A DNA stretch of 64,000 bases from the human T2T-CHM13v2.0 reference genome, Homo sapiens (GCF_009914755.1 NC_060929.1), one strand, 5' to 3'. Numbered from the stretch's first letter, positions 26,136 through 40,680 are shown. The notes: a model not told the origin generated them from the letters alone. Made by a program: numbers and translations.

Positions 26136-26639
26136 ATTGAGTTACGACATGCACATCTGTTTTTCCACTTATTGGCCTGTGTTTTTCCACTGTGGAAAAT
26201 AATTATAATGCAACAGGCAGGGCCAATGGTACAAAACTTGCATTGCAGAGAGGGATTTGCCTCAGATGAAAGAAACCTACTTAGTCATTCTAGTTCAGTC
26301 TTCCACCTACTTATTCCTCCTTAATTATTATCATTAATTAGTATTTATTGATTCCTCTCGGGTAAACTGCTTCATTGCAAAAACTGGTATTATAAGCCCT
26401 TTTGGAGATTACAAACTTAAAAAAACAAAATGCGGCTATATTTTAAAACCTTGTTCCCCAGAACTTTGCCAACATCCCTTTTACCTTCTAAAATAGATCA
26501 TTCATCATGGCAATCCATTCAACATCAAGGACAAGACCCTTGGAAGGATGAGAAACTGGTTTCCTTCCCTTTTCCTATTTTCTTTTCAGTATTTCTTCCC
26601 TTTCTTTCACCCTTTGATTCATTTCTTCATTTGAAAGAT

Positions 26640-28450
26640 GGATTGATTCATTTACTGATTCAGTGAACAAATATTTGGCGAGTGCTTACTGTATGCCAGT
26701 CTTAGGCTGAACACTGGAAAACAGAAAGACCCCCTGTCTTGAAGGAAATTTCCACTTTGCATGGGAGGAGAGACATGTGACAGGGTGACCAATTAGGACC
26801 CTGTGGCATTTGCAGTGATTCTAGCCTTTCTCACAGGATGGCATACCTACAAAATGAAAATATTGCATGACACATAGCAGGACATTTGTGGTGATTTAGA
26901 ACCCTAGATGCGATTATTCTTGGACAGAGGCAATGAGTGGCATGTCCTGGCTGCCTCAGACACCCCATTTAGCCACCTCAGCAATGAAATGATCAACATC
27001 TAACCCTGGCTTCCTGGTTGGGACACACTGCAATAGTCTTTGGAGAGGAGATTTTTTCCTAAACTGATGAAGTTGTAATAAGAACAAAGAAAAGATTAAT
27101 CTGTAAGCTATTTAGGAAGTAGAATTGACAATACTTATTGAGTAGACTGTGGGGAAGAAGTCAAGGATGAGTCCCAGATATCTGACTTGAGCAACTAGAA
27201 GGATGATGGTGTGGCTTACTGAGATGGTGAGTATTAGTGGAGAAGAAAAGGAGGAGAAGGGAGTTTATAGGGGAGTATGATGTTTTCTTGTGGTGTTGAT
27301 TGTAGTTCCCTGTGATGGAGACACACTGAGCTGGGGAGTTGAATGTGGAAGATTTATTAGGGAGTTCTCAAGGAGACAATCCTATAGAAAAGTGAGGAAG
27401 GGAGGAAATGGCAAAGAGAAAAACAGAGCCAGTATTTAGTTGCAACCAAGATACCAACCAGTCCTACATGAAGCTCTGGATGGCACATCAGAGTCCGAAA
27501 TTTGAGGCTCTTGCCTTCTTGGGCCTGGCCTTTATATTTCCATATGAACCAGTCCATATGCTGTGGGCTGCCTTCTGGGGGCGGCATACTCTTGGATGGT
27601 GCAGTCATCAGAGGACAAAAGCAATGTCCAGCAAGGGACACAGCTGTCAGCAGTCAGCATCTTATGTTCCAAGCAGCTGTAGGACAGTGGGGTGGATAGG
27701 TCAGCCTCAAATAAGGAATCTGTGTGGAGCCTCAGACAATCCGCTACTCTGGTAAGTGAAGCTATCTAGGAGGCATTTTACACTTGGGTCTGGCTGGAGT
27801 GCTGAACTTGGCATTCATTACCATGTAGGAGATAATTGAAGCAATGGGGGTGATAACAGTGAAAAGAGAAGATGGACTAGAACAGGGCCTTGGGCAATAC
27901 CAACATTTAATGGGTAAGGTAAGGAAAAGGAGCCCAGGATAAAAACACGGTGTCTAAGGAGGTTGGAATCTCAAGGGAGGTTGGTCACAAAAGCCAAGGA
28001 GGGAGAGCATATTAACAGTGTCCAGTGTTGCAGAAAGGCCTCAAAAATGTCAGGTGGATTAGTTGAAATTTGGTATTTCTTGGTAATAACCAAGAGAGTA
28101 GTTGTAATTTGAGGGACAGCAGTTTCTGTGGAGGTCTGGAGGCAGAACCAGATTTTGTTAGGTGAAGAAAAAACACAAAATGACCAAATAGGACGCAGTG
28201 TGTACAGACAACTCTATTAAGAATTTTGGTTCTTAAGGTCTTAGGGGAAGGAGATGGGGGTACGGTAGAGAAAGTATATAGGATGGAAGATGTTTTGCCT
28301 TGTTTTATTTAAGAAGGGAAATATTTGAGCATGCATAAGTGCTGATGGGGGGTAGCAGTAGAGGGGTAGTGGGCTGAGACTCTGGAAAGAAAGGGGACAC
28401 AATCTTTCTTTCTCTGGAAAGAAAGGGGAAAAGAAAGGGGAGGCTGAAGT
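26640..28450 (-). mobile_element. fragmented L2 (interrupted by an LTR16-like element)
   Basis: GATTCATTTACTGATTCA tail, GAAGTCAAGGATGAGTCCCAGA, GGGCAATACCAACATTTAATGG. Confidence 0.6.
27288..27748 (-). mobile_element. LTR16-like ERVL solo LTR
   Basis: GAAGATTTATTAGGGAGT..GGGCCTGGCCTTTATA..CAGCTGTCAGCAGTCAGCA. Confidence 0.6.
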
Positions 28451-29937
28451 GTCAGTGCGAGACAGATTCAAAACACAAATGGGATGTGAAGCCTCTGAGG
28501 ATTCTAGCTGTTTAAATCTAGAAAGAAACCTGAACTCAGGCAAAAAGCAACACTTTCAAAAACTATATAATAAACATTGGTCAGCAGACAGCATTTGATT
28601 CAAATTCTTCATAATCACAGGCAGTGCTGAAAAATACTGACACATAGAAACCCTCTCTGTGGCCATCAGAAAATACTTGCCGAATGTGTTAGGCATTAAA
28701 AGGCTGTAATAAGAATGCAATCAAGCATAGCTTCTAAGTCATATCTCGGCTAGAGTAATTCAGTTCATCTTTACCAGGGTGCCTAATGCACCTACTATGT
28801 GTAAGGACTAGAGACACGTACTCTGGAAAGGGCAGTGGACTTGCACTTGAGACACAGGTTTAGTTCTTGATATACAGCTAGGACTTTCAGGGAAAATTAA
28901 TTTCTTTTTTGAAGTAATTTTTCTTTTGAACTCAAAATCACTATTTTTAGCATTTGAAAATACTAACTAGCTCTATGGCAAGTGGTCAACCTTTCTGACC
29001 CTCTGTTTCTTTGTCCTTAAGATGTTTGTTGATCGTTAGGGCTCCATTGAGTTTTAATGCTGTGGGTTTACAAGACAAGGTCTTTGAGGTGACCTAGAAG
29101 GAAGAGTTTTGGCAGACATGAATTGTCTCTTGACACCATGAGACAAGATTTAGAGAAGTTAAGTGACATGGCAGTGTCCCACAGGTGGACAGTGAACAAC
29201 GTGGCAGGGATGTGCCTGAACCCCCACCTCCCAGTTCAGTCCTTATTCCTCACACTTGAGTTTCTGTAACTGGGTGAGCAAAACCCTGGGTAGAATGAGC
29301 ATATGCACAGCAACAGGATAAACATGAACTATCTCACTGAAGATCTTCATTTATTTGGCGTCTATGATTTTAAAACTTTTTAAAATTAAGATAAAAAATG
29401 GCTTAAGAACAGAATACAAATTCAAGTAAAAGTGAAAGTTCAAAGGAATTTTGCAGTTTATGAAGTTATATTTGGTCAATATTTCTGAGTGGCTTGAGAG
29501 AGAGTTTCTGTGTGTGTGGGTATATTTTTCAGCACAGCCTCTTAGGTTATACTCAGCTCTGGGGATGCTTATTTCCTCTCCCCCACTAGTGCATGTATTT
29601 TGGTGCAAAAGCTTGGAAGTACATTAAACCAAGCTGTATTTTTAGCCCCCAAAGAAAAGTTGTAGAGAAAGAGGGCATTTGAGGTTGACTGTTTCATCTG
29701 AGAAGACCAATAAATCACCAGAAGCTCCAGCCCAATCAATGCCCACTGAAAAATTTGAATGCCCCAGTGCTCCAATGGGTAATGAACAAATGTGTACAGT
29801 GGGGAAGGGATCGATTTCTTGATGAGTCCTATTAGCATAACCATACAGCATGAAACATAGTCATTATTTGAGACAGAACACAGTACGAGCAGATGATTCT
29901 TACCACTGTTAACAGCATATATCCTTGATATGATAGA

Positions 29938-30196
29938 ACTGTGGCTTCAAATATGGGGGTTTCATACTACGCAAAGGTGAGCAAGACTAAGCAGGTGCTA
30001 CAGGAAAATATGAAGAGATTTACATTTACAGGTTTTGAACTTCTAGCCTTTAACTTTCTGTATGTTACATAATACATGAATAATACATGAATAAACTAAT
30101 ACATGTATAATTTACCAAAAAGACATATATTGGGGGTATATGCTGAAATGTATTTTGTTAATGGTACACATTATCGAAAAGGTTTAGAGACAAATC
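29938..30196. mobile_element. hAT-Charlie MITE (Charlie18a-like)
   Basis: CATATATTGGGGGTATATGCT..TCGAAAAGGTTTAGAGAC. Confidence 0.45.
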
Positions 30197-32467
30197 TCTG
30201 GATTACCTTTCTGTGCTTTGAGAGTAAATTAATGCAGCCCTGATCTTTTGTCTAATACTAATGATTAAGATAAAAAGTTGTCAATCTGAACCACAAAGAC
30301 TGATTTCTTACCTCAGCAAAGGGAGCTGGAAAATGGCAAAGATGAACGTTCATAGTTATTTGTTTCATACTCTTTATATAACAGGCTCCTTGTGAATGGA
30401 TATTTCCAATTTCCACACAAGGCCCTTGGAAAAACCATCACCTAATCAATATGTTAATGTGACAGCAACTACCAACTGAGGAATGTCATTGCATTTTCAA
30501 TTAGAGTTACAGAGAAGCAAGAAAAGGAATCAAGGGAATTGGACAAACGGATTTTGCTAATGCCAGCAATATTTCTTTACCAAGAACACTTAGTATTTGT
30601 TTAGTGCCTTTTAATGAACATTTTGTGTTTTTCGCCTAGTAGGGAGTTATTTACCTGTTTTAACTAGTGAACAAACAATTATTTTTTTCACGTATCACCA
30701 TATATAGCTTATAAAACACATTTGTGATATTTGATCTTCATAAACACCCTGTTAGGTAAAGAGGGTCAATTTAGAGTTCCCACACTGTGGGTGTGAAAGG
30801 GTCCTCATTTAGATGTAAAATAGGTCCATAGAGCTCTTGCCTGGGGTGTTTTTCAGTGTCTCACATTGCAGGGAAAGAGCAAGGCAGTGTAGATGATGAA
30901 TACAGTGCTCTCTGGTGACCCAAAAAATAAATACTTCAACTTTTATTCCATGGCAGTCTTACCTCTTTTCCTTGTCCTTCTTGTTATTGTCTTCCTTTTG
31001 ATATAGAAAGAAAACATAGTTGAAAGAAATCCAGAACAACTTTACAATTTTTACCCAACCCAAACATATCTAGTCATAGCAAACCTAGGAGGAAATACTC
31101 ATCACAAATGCACAAAAGAAGACAGAACAAGGAGGAGGAGGACCTGAATGGGGGACAAAGGCACCTGAATTCATCAAATAGTTTATTGTCAGCACAGAGG
31201 AGGGGATGTCTTGCTATAGCAGGAGAACTTTCATCACAATGGATCATCAGCCTCTTGGCACCTGTTTCTTCTCTTCCACATCTATTTTAATCAGGCACTG
31301 AATGCTTAGCCAGAGAGAGCCCCATGGAAGGAGAGCCCAGAGATGGTCTTCGATCTTAAAGAGCATGGCGTATAGTTGGGTAGATAAAACATGAAATTGG
31401 GAAGCAGGCAGCAAATTAACAAAGGCAAAGCAGAAGAGTGGAATGAATTGTTAAGTTTGGAGTTAAATGGATTTGGTTTCAAACAATAGTAGCTATGCTC
31501 TGTGCTAATTGAGAATCGGAGAATATGCCCTTCTGCTTTTGGGATCTCAGTATGTCCTTAGGTAAAAGGAGGAGACTGAATTGGGGTCTCCAGATTTTAT
31601 TTTAGGGCTAAATTTTCATTATTTGTTCGTTAGTAAACATAAATCAGTTGTACAGGTGAAAATATTAAGGAAATGCAAATAAGAGAATGTTTTATTTCTG
31701 GGAGGTTTGTAAAATGCTGTTTGTGTCATGTATACCGTCCTATGCATATTGCAGTCACTCTCTGAAAAGATTTGAGGACCATTATCCTTGCAGATAAACT
31801 GGAATTGGCAAGGATTTAATGAATCCGGGGGTAGAATTGTGCTAATCCATGACCGAATTTTTTACTTGTCCTTAGCAAAATGAGGAAATTAAGAATTTGT
31901 AAAAGTGAAACCTAAATGTGTTAATATTCTCACCTGCATTGGCAGTGAAATATCATTTCCCTTATAAAATGATAGTGATAGTAAAAACAATACTATGGAT
32001 AATAAATACCTAGATATATTAATCTTCTTTCTTGGAAAGTAAAGTACAAACTACTTTCAGATTACTGAGCTCCTTTTCTTGGGCTAAGAACTTGCTGCTG
32101 AATTTCCTTTCATTTCTTTTGGTTCGGGGAGTAAATTTTTCTAGTATATTAGTTTCCTCAAGCTGCCATAGCAAAGTACCACAAATCAGGTGGCTTAAAA
32201 CAACAGAAATGTACTCTCTCACAGTTCTGGAGGCCAGACATGTGAAATGAAAGTGCCAGCCAAGGCCACATTCTCTCTGCAGGCTCAAGCAAAGGATTGT
32301 TTCTTGCCTCTTCCTGGCTTCTGTGGTCGTCATCAATCCTTGGCACTCCTTGGCTTGTGGTAGCGTCACTCCAATCAGACTCTGCCTCTGTTTTTACATG
32401 GCTGCCTTCCTGCTGTGTTTCTGTGTCTTCATATGGCATTTTGTTTGTGTCACAACTTCTGTCTTCC

Positions 32468-32773
32468 TTTATTTATTTTTTATTTGTTGAGGCAGGATCT
32501 TGCTCTGCTGCCCAGGCTGTAGTGCAGTGGTATAATCACAGCTTACTGCAGCCTCAAACTCCTTGGCTCAAGGGATCCTCCCACCTCAGCCTCCTGAATA
32601 GCTGGGATTATAGGTGTGCACCACCTTACCCAGCTAATTTTTGTATTTTTTTGTAGAGATGAGGTTTTGCCATGTGGCCCAGGCTGGTCTCGAACTCCTG
32701 GCCTCAAGTGACCCACACAGCTCAGCCTCCCAAAGTGCTGGGAGTACAAAAGTGAACCACCACCACACCTGGC
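32468..32773 (-). mobile_element. AluJ
   Basis: antisense dimer with J-type CAGCTTACTGCAGCCTC..GCTCAAGGGATCCTCC. Confidence 0.9.
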
Positions 32774-32776
32774 AAC

Positions 32777-32917
32777 TTTTTTTTTGTTGTTTTGTTTTGT
32801 AGAGACAGGGTCTCCCTCTGTTGACCATGCTGGTCTCAAATTCCTGGTCTCAAGTGATCCTCCTGCTTCAGCCTCCCAAAGTACTGACATTATAAAAGCG
32901 AGCCACTGTGCTTGGCC
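32777..32917 (-). mobile_element. FLAM / Alu left monomer
   Basis: antisense monomer with its own T-rich tail, adjacent to the AluJ head. Confidence 0.85.
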
Positions 32918-33730
32918 CCCAACTTTCATCTGCTTGTGAGGATATCAGTCATTGGGCTGTGGCTTACACTAATTCAGTCTGACCTCATCTTGACTAATTA
33001 CATCCACAAAGACTATATTTCCAAATAAGGTCAAATCCTGAGGTACTGTATGGATGAGAATTTTTGAGATACTGTTCAACCCACTATTTCTGGCATGAAA
33101 GATTCTCCGCAAGTTTGCTGTTTTCAATCTCTTAGGCCTCATCTTCCAACCACTGCATTCCATTTACCCTATGTTTGTGCCGCCTGTGGCTGTTCAAGTG
33201 TGAATGCAGGACTTTTGGTTCCAAATATGGTGCTCTTGAAATACAGCAAAGATTGAGCTAACAAATGCTTTAGCAAAACAATGGTAATGAAACTTAATAA
33301 GCTTGTTCAAAGAATTAGAAGAGAGACATACATCTTCTTTAATTATATTGGTGGAACAAATAGATATATAAAGTAAAAGGATATATCTTTTTCTAAACAA
33401 TTTAAATTAAAGATATCCTATAGTCCAATAATTCCTTTTGCTAATCAAATCCAAGGAAAGAAATTAGATAAGTAGAAAATAATTTATGTGTAAAGATGTT
33501 TCTCGTGAAATTGTTTTCAACAGCAAAAAAATTGCAAACAGGAAATATTCCATGGTGGGGAGTGTTAAAATAAATTGAGGTATATACACATCTGTACCCA
33601 TTAAAATTGATGCCTACCAAAATTTTGTTTTTTAAAAAATATAGTAATGGTGGGAAGAAATTTACAATAAAATTTCAAATTAAAACGCTAGAAATAAAAT
33701 CATACGCAGTATGATCCCAATCAAAAAAAG

Positions 33731-33946
33731 CAGCAGTTCTTAACTAGGGATGATTTTTCCCTCAGGGTAGTACCTTGGCAATGTCCAGAGACACTTTTGG
33801 TTTCTACAGTCAGGAAAATGTGCTTCTGGCATCTAGTGGACAAAGATCAAGGATGCTGCTAGATGTCCTACAATCACAGGGCAGCTCACTACAACAAAGA
33901 GTTATCCAGTCCACAATGAAAATATTGCCATGGGTGAGAGTACTTG
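33731..33946 (+). mobile_element. MER20 (hAT-Charlie MITE)
   Basis: CAGCAGTTCTTAAC..TTGGCAATGTCCAGAGACA..CTGGCATCTAGTGG..GGATGCTGCTA. Confidence 0.85.
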
Positions 33947-34192
33947 ATTTCAAACATATAAGTGCTTTGTCTTTATATTTCTGTCTGTCATCTCTAAAAT
34001 AGAAATGTTATAGTATCCATTTCTAACGGTCATAGAGATGATTGAATTAGTCAATATAAGTAAAGCGCTTAGAATAATGACTGGAGAATAGTTAATTATT
34101 CAATAAGTTTTAGTTATTGTGAGCTATTACCTGTGTTACAGTGCAGAAAGCTGAAATGCATTGGAATGTGATAGTGATTATATCATAGGTAC

Positions 34193-34739
34193 TGTCAGTG
34201 CCTTCCAATCAAAGATAACTGGAAAATATCTGTAGTTGAACAAGTTGGAGCCAAGGAGAACACACACCATGGAGAACCATCTGGTGTCTCAGCAAGAGAG
34301 TGTTAAAAGGGACCTGTTTTAGGGTTTGGGCTTTGCTTGGGTGACTGTGGAAGGGTGTAAGGAAGCAGGGATTCACTCTAGATTGCATGCTATCGAAAAA
34401 TGGGGGCAGTTCTATGATTAGGCATCTTAATAAATCTTATTTATAGGGAGGGCACACTAGGGTGAATATAAAGTAGTAATTGGTAAAGCAGTAGCAGTTA
34501 TGCATTTTGCCTGAGAGAGGGAGTGTTTAATATTTTGTGGGAAGCACAATGACCTTGTCACTGTGCTTAAATAAAACCATGAAGTGGCCTTGCTTTGTCT
34601 CATTTTGTCATTGTCTCAGAGTAATCTTTGAAGTTGTTGTTTTGTAAGATGGTTTATGTCCAACAAGAGAATAACATGGTCAGTTGTGAGTGGCATACCA
34701 ACTTCTGAATGTCAGAGGCTGCTCCTTCTTTCTTTCTCA
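34193..34739 (-). mobile_element. ERVL-type solo LTR (LTR53/MER76-like)
   Basis: TG...CA ends (minus strand starts TGAGAAAGAAAGAAGGAGCAGCCTCTGACA); flanking GTAC(T) direct repeat. Confidence 0.65.
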
Positions 34740-35170
34740 GTACTTTTAGTTTTCTTAACACTTTTTTGAATAGTTTCTAATTTTTCTACTTTGAACTTGA
34801 ATTACTTTTGTAACTAGAAAAAATTGCATGCTAACTGAAAGATAACAAAAGGCGTGCTCATGGGAAAACGTGTCAGGTCTGCAGCATTATAGAATGAAAT
34901 CTCATATTTGTAAAATAGGCATTAGAAGATAATTGTGAATAATTTGTACTGTTCCAAATAATATTTCATGATCCTTGCCCTTGATGAACTTAGGAAAATG
35001 GAAGGGAGGTAGCTATTTTTTGATGCCCCACTTCCTAGGTGGCCCTCTTTAATATAGAAATTTTAAGGAAAGGTCCTTTATAGTCACGGATTTTTAAATG
35101 AATTACACATGCAGAAAATTGAGTTGCTTCTTCAGAGGAGGATATCATGTTTGGATGGTATTATGTATCA

Positions 35171-35542
<372 letters not shown>

Positions 35543-36379
35543 GAGGTTAAAAAAAATACAGCACATATGAAAGAAAATATGAATGCCTTTAGGATCTCAC
35601 ATTCAATAGCAAGCAAAGGAAACAACTTAAAAATTGGATTCTCTCTCAAATTTTCCAGTAACATTAAGGACAAATAAATTAAGCATATTTTATGCAACAA
35701 CCAAAGCAAGCATCTCCAAGGATATCTTTAAATATGTATGAATTCCCTTTATATTCTGAAATCCTTTTGAGACTACGTTAGGGGGTGTCTCTTGAACTTT
35801 ACATGTATTTTTAATTACTTTTTAATCTTTATTTACTTTTTAAATGTTAAAAGTAATATTTTCTCATTATAATACTTTCAAACAATACAGAAGGGTATAA
35901 AGTGAACGGTAAAATCTTTTCCTTTTCTAATTCAAATCCCTAGAGTAATGACCTTCTAATTCTAATCCAATTCTAATTTGTTACAGGTTTTAGTGACTTT
36001 TTTTCTGTTTTTAATTGTGGAGAATAATTTTACTCTCATACTTGAAATACTGATCTAAAGTCTGACATGTTCTGTGAGTCTGGAATGATGTCTGATTTTT
36101 CTCTTCATTGGATCATCTCCAGTACCTAGCATTGTACATACTTGCTCAGCGGTTTGAATGAGGGGATAACTGCAGGAATTCCTTATCTCAGTAAATGCTT
36201 TTGTGCAAACTCAATTATTCAGAAAAGAGAATTTAAAAGATTCTTTCTTTCTATATCTCCCATATTATTTCTCACAGACTTGGCAATCGAACCTCATAGT
36301 TCCCTTCCAAATTCCCATTTTTTCCTCCTCTGCTATTGCTCTATTTTATTTACACATCACATTTACCTTCCACTCTTAA

Positions 36380-37080
36380 GATAGCTCAGCTCATAGAGTA
36401 GCCTCTCTCACTAATCTCTTCTATTCCATCTCTCCCCACATTTTCCCCTAAGTTACCTTTCTAAAACATAAATCTGGATTCTTCCGCTCTGTAAAACTTC
36501 TGATGAGTCTCATTGCTTCCAGGATGTAGTCCTGACTTTCTATTATGGCACAGACTTCAAAGATCTTTTTAAAAAGTTAATCTCAACCTCTTTTCCTAGT
36601 TCCATTTACCCCTACTCACTGCTCCACAGCCTTTAGCAAAATAATCATTCACACAAGTAGTTTTTTGTGTGCCTACTATGATTTCAAATTATGTACCATT
36701 TCTACACAACTTTCCATATTCACTTTGCACTTTCTACTTATCTTGTTTTGATCCCTCTTCAGAAATTCATTCTCTCCCTTCTCCTTCAGAAAAAAATCTG
36801 TGTGTCCTTTAAAGCTCAAATGTCTCCTCAATGCATAATTTACAGGGTCCTACAGATTGAACTCCCTGCTTTTCTGTGCTGAGTAGGATTTTGCTTATAC
36901 CACCAATGAGGTCTCACTTGTTTTGAGGGTATGTGATACATATGTCTTCCCTATGCCCTTTTCAACTCTCCACCCCTCTTGCCAAAGTTAAAACACTTCT
37001 TGAGTATAAGAAATTCTTTCATTTCTCTATTCATCATTGTATTTCTCTAACAGTGTATTAACTGTTTGATATCTAGAAAC
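36380..37080 (+). mobile_element. L2 fragments
   Basis: TTTCTAAAACATAAATCTGGAT..CTCATTGCTTCCAGGAT..CCTTTAAAGCTCAAATGTC. Confidence 0.45.
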
Positions 37081-38644
37081 ACCTCTGTACAACTTAAAGA
37101 GTCCTTTGCCCAAGAAAAATGATGACAAATTATTCTTAGTCAGTGGGGTGTGCTTATATGATGTGCAGTAAATGAAATGGGTCTGAGATGAATGCATTAA
37201 ACAACTTCAACAACTGAAGCAAAAGAAGTTTATCTAATCCATTGAGCATACTGTATTGTGCAAGCAAGATGCTTCTCCTGTGTCTGGAGGACAGCAAGAG
37301 AGGAAGAGAGTGAATTAGAAAGAAAAACACACAATAGGTTCTCTGATATTGTTGGAATATTATGGCTAATGTGAATGGTCTTTAGAGCCCTTCCTTCTTT
37401 GAGTCAGTGAGACTTATCCTCAAAGAATGGAGTAGACCCAGGGGTTCAGGGACTTGTGCAGGTCTGGGAGTAGGGTCCTCTTTTAGCTCATGGATTTTTC
37501 ATAATTAATAAGTTCTGTTCCACATTTATTATGTATGATAGTCTGAAATTAACACTCTTCTCAAATGTCATTACTTGGGAAACTGGAATAGATGCTCTGA
37601 ATGGTTCTTTCCAATTAAAATATTTTGCAATTATCAAACATTGTTCATACTTGTAACTGTTAAGAACCACTAAAAACTTAAGATTAAAGTATTCTTACTC
37701 TCCTTACTTGAAATGACTTTATGATGAAAGGTCACATTTGAATGGGAATGATCACAGTAATCATAATCCCTGACATTTGTATCAGGTTTTATGTTAAGCC
37801 TCATATAATCTTGTTTTGAAGTTACTCTTTTTTTTCCTTCTGTCTTCTCATGAATTGTTGCCAAAGCACTCTGATCTTCCATAATGGTTAGGATAGCTTA
37901 ACATTTATAAATGGTTGCATGGGTTTTTTAATATGTTGATGGGATATGTTCCTAAACTGAATGATCATATGGTATTTGAACCAAGTCACAGAGAAGGTAA
38001 ATTTACCAAACACTAAAGAAAAGAAAAGCTCTTCTCATTATTTTTAGCTTTCTTAAAGCTTCTTAAGAGTAAGCTTGTTGGGTTATCTTCAGTGAATAAA
38101 ACTTACTATTATATGCCTTTATATTCTGAGTTCCATTGGGGGTTATAAGAAAATTGAAAGAAGTAGCAACCATTGAAGTAAGTATTTTATTCAAAATTGC
38201 TTCAACATCTTAATGGATTATTTTTCCATTTTTTATTTTAACATCAGAAGCACTTGTCTATGAATGTATTTCAACCTAAGTAGATTCAGTTACACATACA
38301 CCCAAAATATTGCAAATCCTTTGCAGTTATCTTCATTTAATGTCATTTATACAATTGTTTCTCTATAAGGATTCAAAATTGTGGGGTTTTTTGTTTTTTA
38401 AGTGCTTGGGGGCTATTAAATAAATTAAGCAATAGTTGTGTTGAACATGTGTTTCTGGTATCCCACTAATACATTTTCTTAATTAACGTAAGCAAGTATT
38501 CTTAGCATTTTGGAACTGAATAAATTCCAGGTTAAATTAAGTCTGGAAGTATGTTAGCTACCCTTAGCATTTCATTTGAAAATTAGAAAGCCCGAGTTCG
38601 GATTTGCTTTCAGCCACTTACTATCTGTCTGTTCTTATGCAAAT

Positions 38645-39002
38645 CTCCTTAGTCCATTTGGGCTGCTGTAACAAAGTACCATGAAGTGGTAGCTTGTAAA
38701 CTACAGTAACTTATTCCTTACAATTCTAGAGGATGAGAGGTCCAAGGCACTGGCATATTCAGTGTCTGATCAGGTTCCACTTTCTGGTTTATAAATGGTG
38801 CCTTCTCCCTGTGTGCTCACATGGTAGAAGGTGTGAAGATTCTCTCCCTGGCCTCTATTGTAAGGGCACTAATCCAGTTAATGAAGTCTCCACCCTCATG
38901 ATTCAATCACTTCCCAAAGACCCCACTTCCTAATAACCCACCTTGGGGGTTAAGATTTCAACATATGAATTTTGGGGAGAGACAAACATTCAGATCATAG
39001 CA
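38645..39002 (-). mobile_element. MLT1A0-like MaLR solo LTR inserted in a MIR
   Basis: CTTAGTCCATTTGGGCTGCTGTAACAAAGTACCA...CAAACATTCAGATCATAGCA; TSD CAAAT/CAAGT. Confidence 0.85.
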
Positions 39003-39794
39003 CAAGTCACTTCCTCTCCAAGTTGAACCAACAGTTGAATAGTTTCATAGCCTGTCATGTACTCCCACAGCACGATACTCTTTTACTGTAGCACTTTGTA
39101 CACTTTTCATTTATATATTTAATTGAGTAATTATTTCCCAACTGTAGACTTTCTTCCTGAATTGTTTCTTGAGGGAATAGATAGATTTTCTTGAGCTTGG
39201 ATACACTGGGTAGCAAGCTTGACTCTGGACATTATCTGGGCCTCTACTTATCAAACAGTTGTCATCCAAAGGTATTCTCCTAGGCAAATTTCATATCAAT
39301 AGAGGTAATCATGAGAAATATATTTAAGTTAGCTTCGTATTCTGCATGTGACAAAATTTCATGTATTACTTTGATGTGTTTTAGTTCATAGATACTTTGA
39401 CCTACTCACCCTCAACATAACTGGTTTTTGGAGCTATTGTTGTAACACAATTCAGTCCATACAGGTGTCTGATTAATCACTGAAACTGGACCCTTCATTG
39501 GACCAAAATGTTTCACCCGTGTGATGAGACATTTTGCTGATGTGTAAAATGTTTTAATTCCCCTGATTTAAATGTTAGGAGCATTTGGTTTATCTCTTTG
39601 TGTTTAATGAATCATGAACCAAACATAGTTATCAGATGGGTCTACAACAGCTGGAAAAGGTACTTTTATTTATAAACCAGAACATTGACTCATATGCAAA
39701 AAGATGGAGTCATTTAAGGTGACCACCGTGAAAAGCTGGATTTAGTATTCCATTTTTGCCTTTTCCTTGTCATCCATCATATTCTTTATCTCAT

Positions 39795-39945
39795 TATAGA
39801 ATGTCAGGGCTGGGAAAGACCTTTCAGGTCCCTTGCTCCTACCTCTTCTGCATTTTCATTTTATAAATAAGGAAACAAAACCAAGAGGGTTAGTATGTTG
39901 CTTTGTCCACTGTTAGAGACAGGGCTGCAACTAGAATCCAAACCT
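39795..39945 (-). mobile_element. MIR
   Basis: ATAGAATGTCAGGGCTGGGAAAGACCTT..CATTTTATAAATAAGGAAAC. Confidence 0.55.
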
Positions 39946-40418
39946 CAAAGTTCCTATGTCATCTGGCCTTGGCCTATCAGTCTGACTTTAGTTTTTTATC
40001 CCTCTTATCCTCTCTTTTCTCTAGCCGTAGGGGTCTTCTTGGTTTTCAAAAACGTCTAGCTCAGTTCTGCCCCAGGGATGATAATCCTTACATTCTTGCC
40101 TGTCACAAATGCCCTGTCCCACGTGTTTGCATAGCTCCTATTTTATCAGATATTAATATCATATATATCCCATTCTACTCCCTTATCCTTCTTCAGTTTC
40201 TTGCTTTGTACTTATCAGAAACTGCAATGCTCAATTACTTGTTTATTTTGATTATTTATGGTTTGTCTCTACCATTGGAGACAAATGTGGAGATAACTCC
40301 ACAAGCATACATAGAGTATCTTGTCTTTCTTCACCATTTCTACAGCTTTTAGAACAGAGCCTGGCAAAATATAAATATTTAGTCATTAATTGTTAGGTGA
40401 ATAAATGAGTGAATGAAT
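39946..40418 (+). mobile_element. L2 3' region
   Basis: ATCTGGCCTTGGCCTA..AGAACAGAGCCTGGCA..GAATAAATGAGTGAATGAAT. Confidence 0.65.
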
Positions 40419-40434
40419 CTCATTCTTACTGTTG

Positions 40435-40680
40435 AATGCATAGTGGCCAAGTGCATAGGTTTTGGCTTAAGATGGAACTGACAGCTTTGGTGCTTCTATG
40501 TGTACATCCTTGGAAAGCAATTTAACCATTCTAAGCTGCAACATTTTTAGCTGCAAAATGGATATAAAATATGTACCTACCTTGAAGATTTGTGAGGATT
40601 AAAATGGCATCATGCCAATAAAGCATTTGCCCAAGGCCTTTGCTATAATGTGTTTAATTAAATCTTAATCATTAATATTA
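40435..40680 (+). mobile_element. MIR
   Basis: TAGTGGCCAAGTGCATAGG..CTGCAAAATGG..TGTGAGGATTAAA. Confidence 0.55.

Larger units (their letters stand above)
32145..33088 (-). mobile_element. MLT1C-like MaLR LTR split by Alu insertions
   Basis: TATATTAGTTTCCT..GCTGCCATAGCAAAGTACCAC..CTCACAGTTCTGGAGG ... TTTCCAAATAAGGTCA..TTCAACCCAC. Confidence 0.8.
33420..34830 (+). mobile_element. old L1ME/L1MC 3' region, fragmented by MER20, MIR and LTR insertions
   Basis: AAAGATGTTT..CAGCAAAAAAATTGCAAACA..AATAAATTGAGGTATATAC; resumes after the LTR. Confidence 0.45.

Noticed and set aside
30305-30445. Minus-strand exon candidate ending GAG|GTAAGA
   Set aside because: Weak acceptor without a pyrimidine tract, and stops in all three frames.
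39903-40352. 149-aa hydrophobic ORF
   Set aside because: Overlaps MIR and L2 remnants, and the hydrophobicity reflects T-rich DNA.
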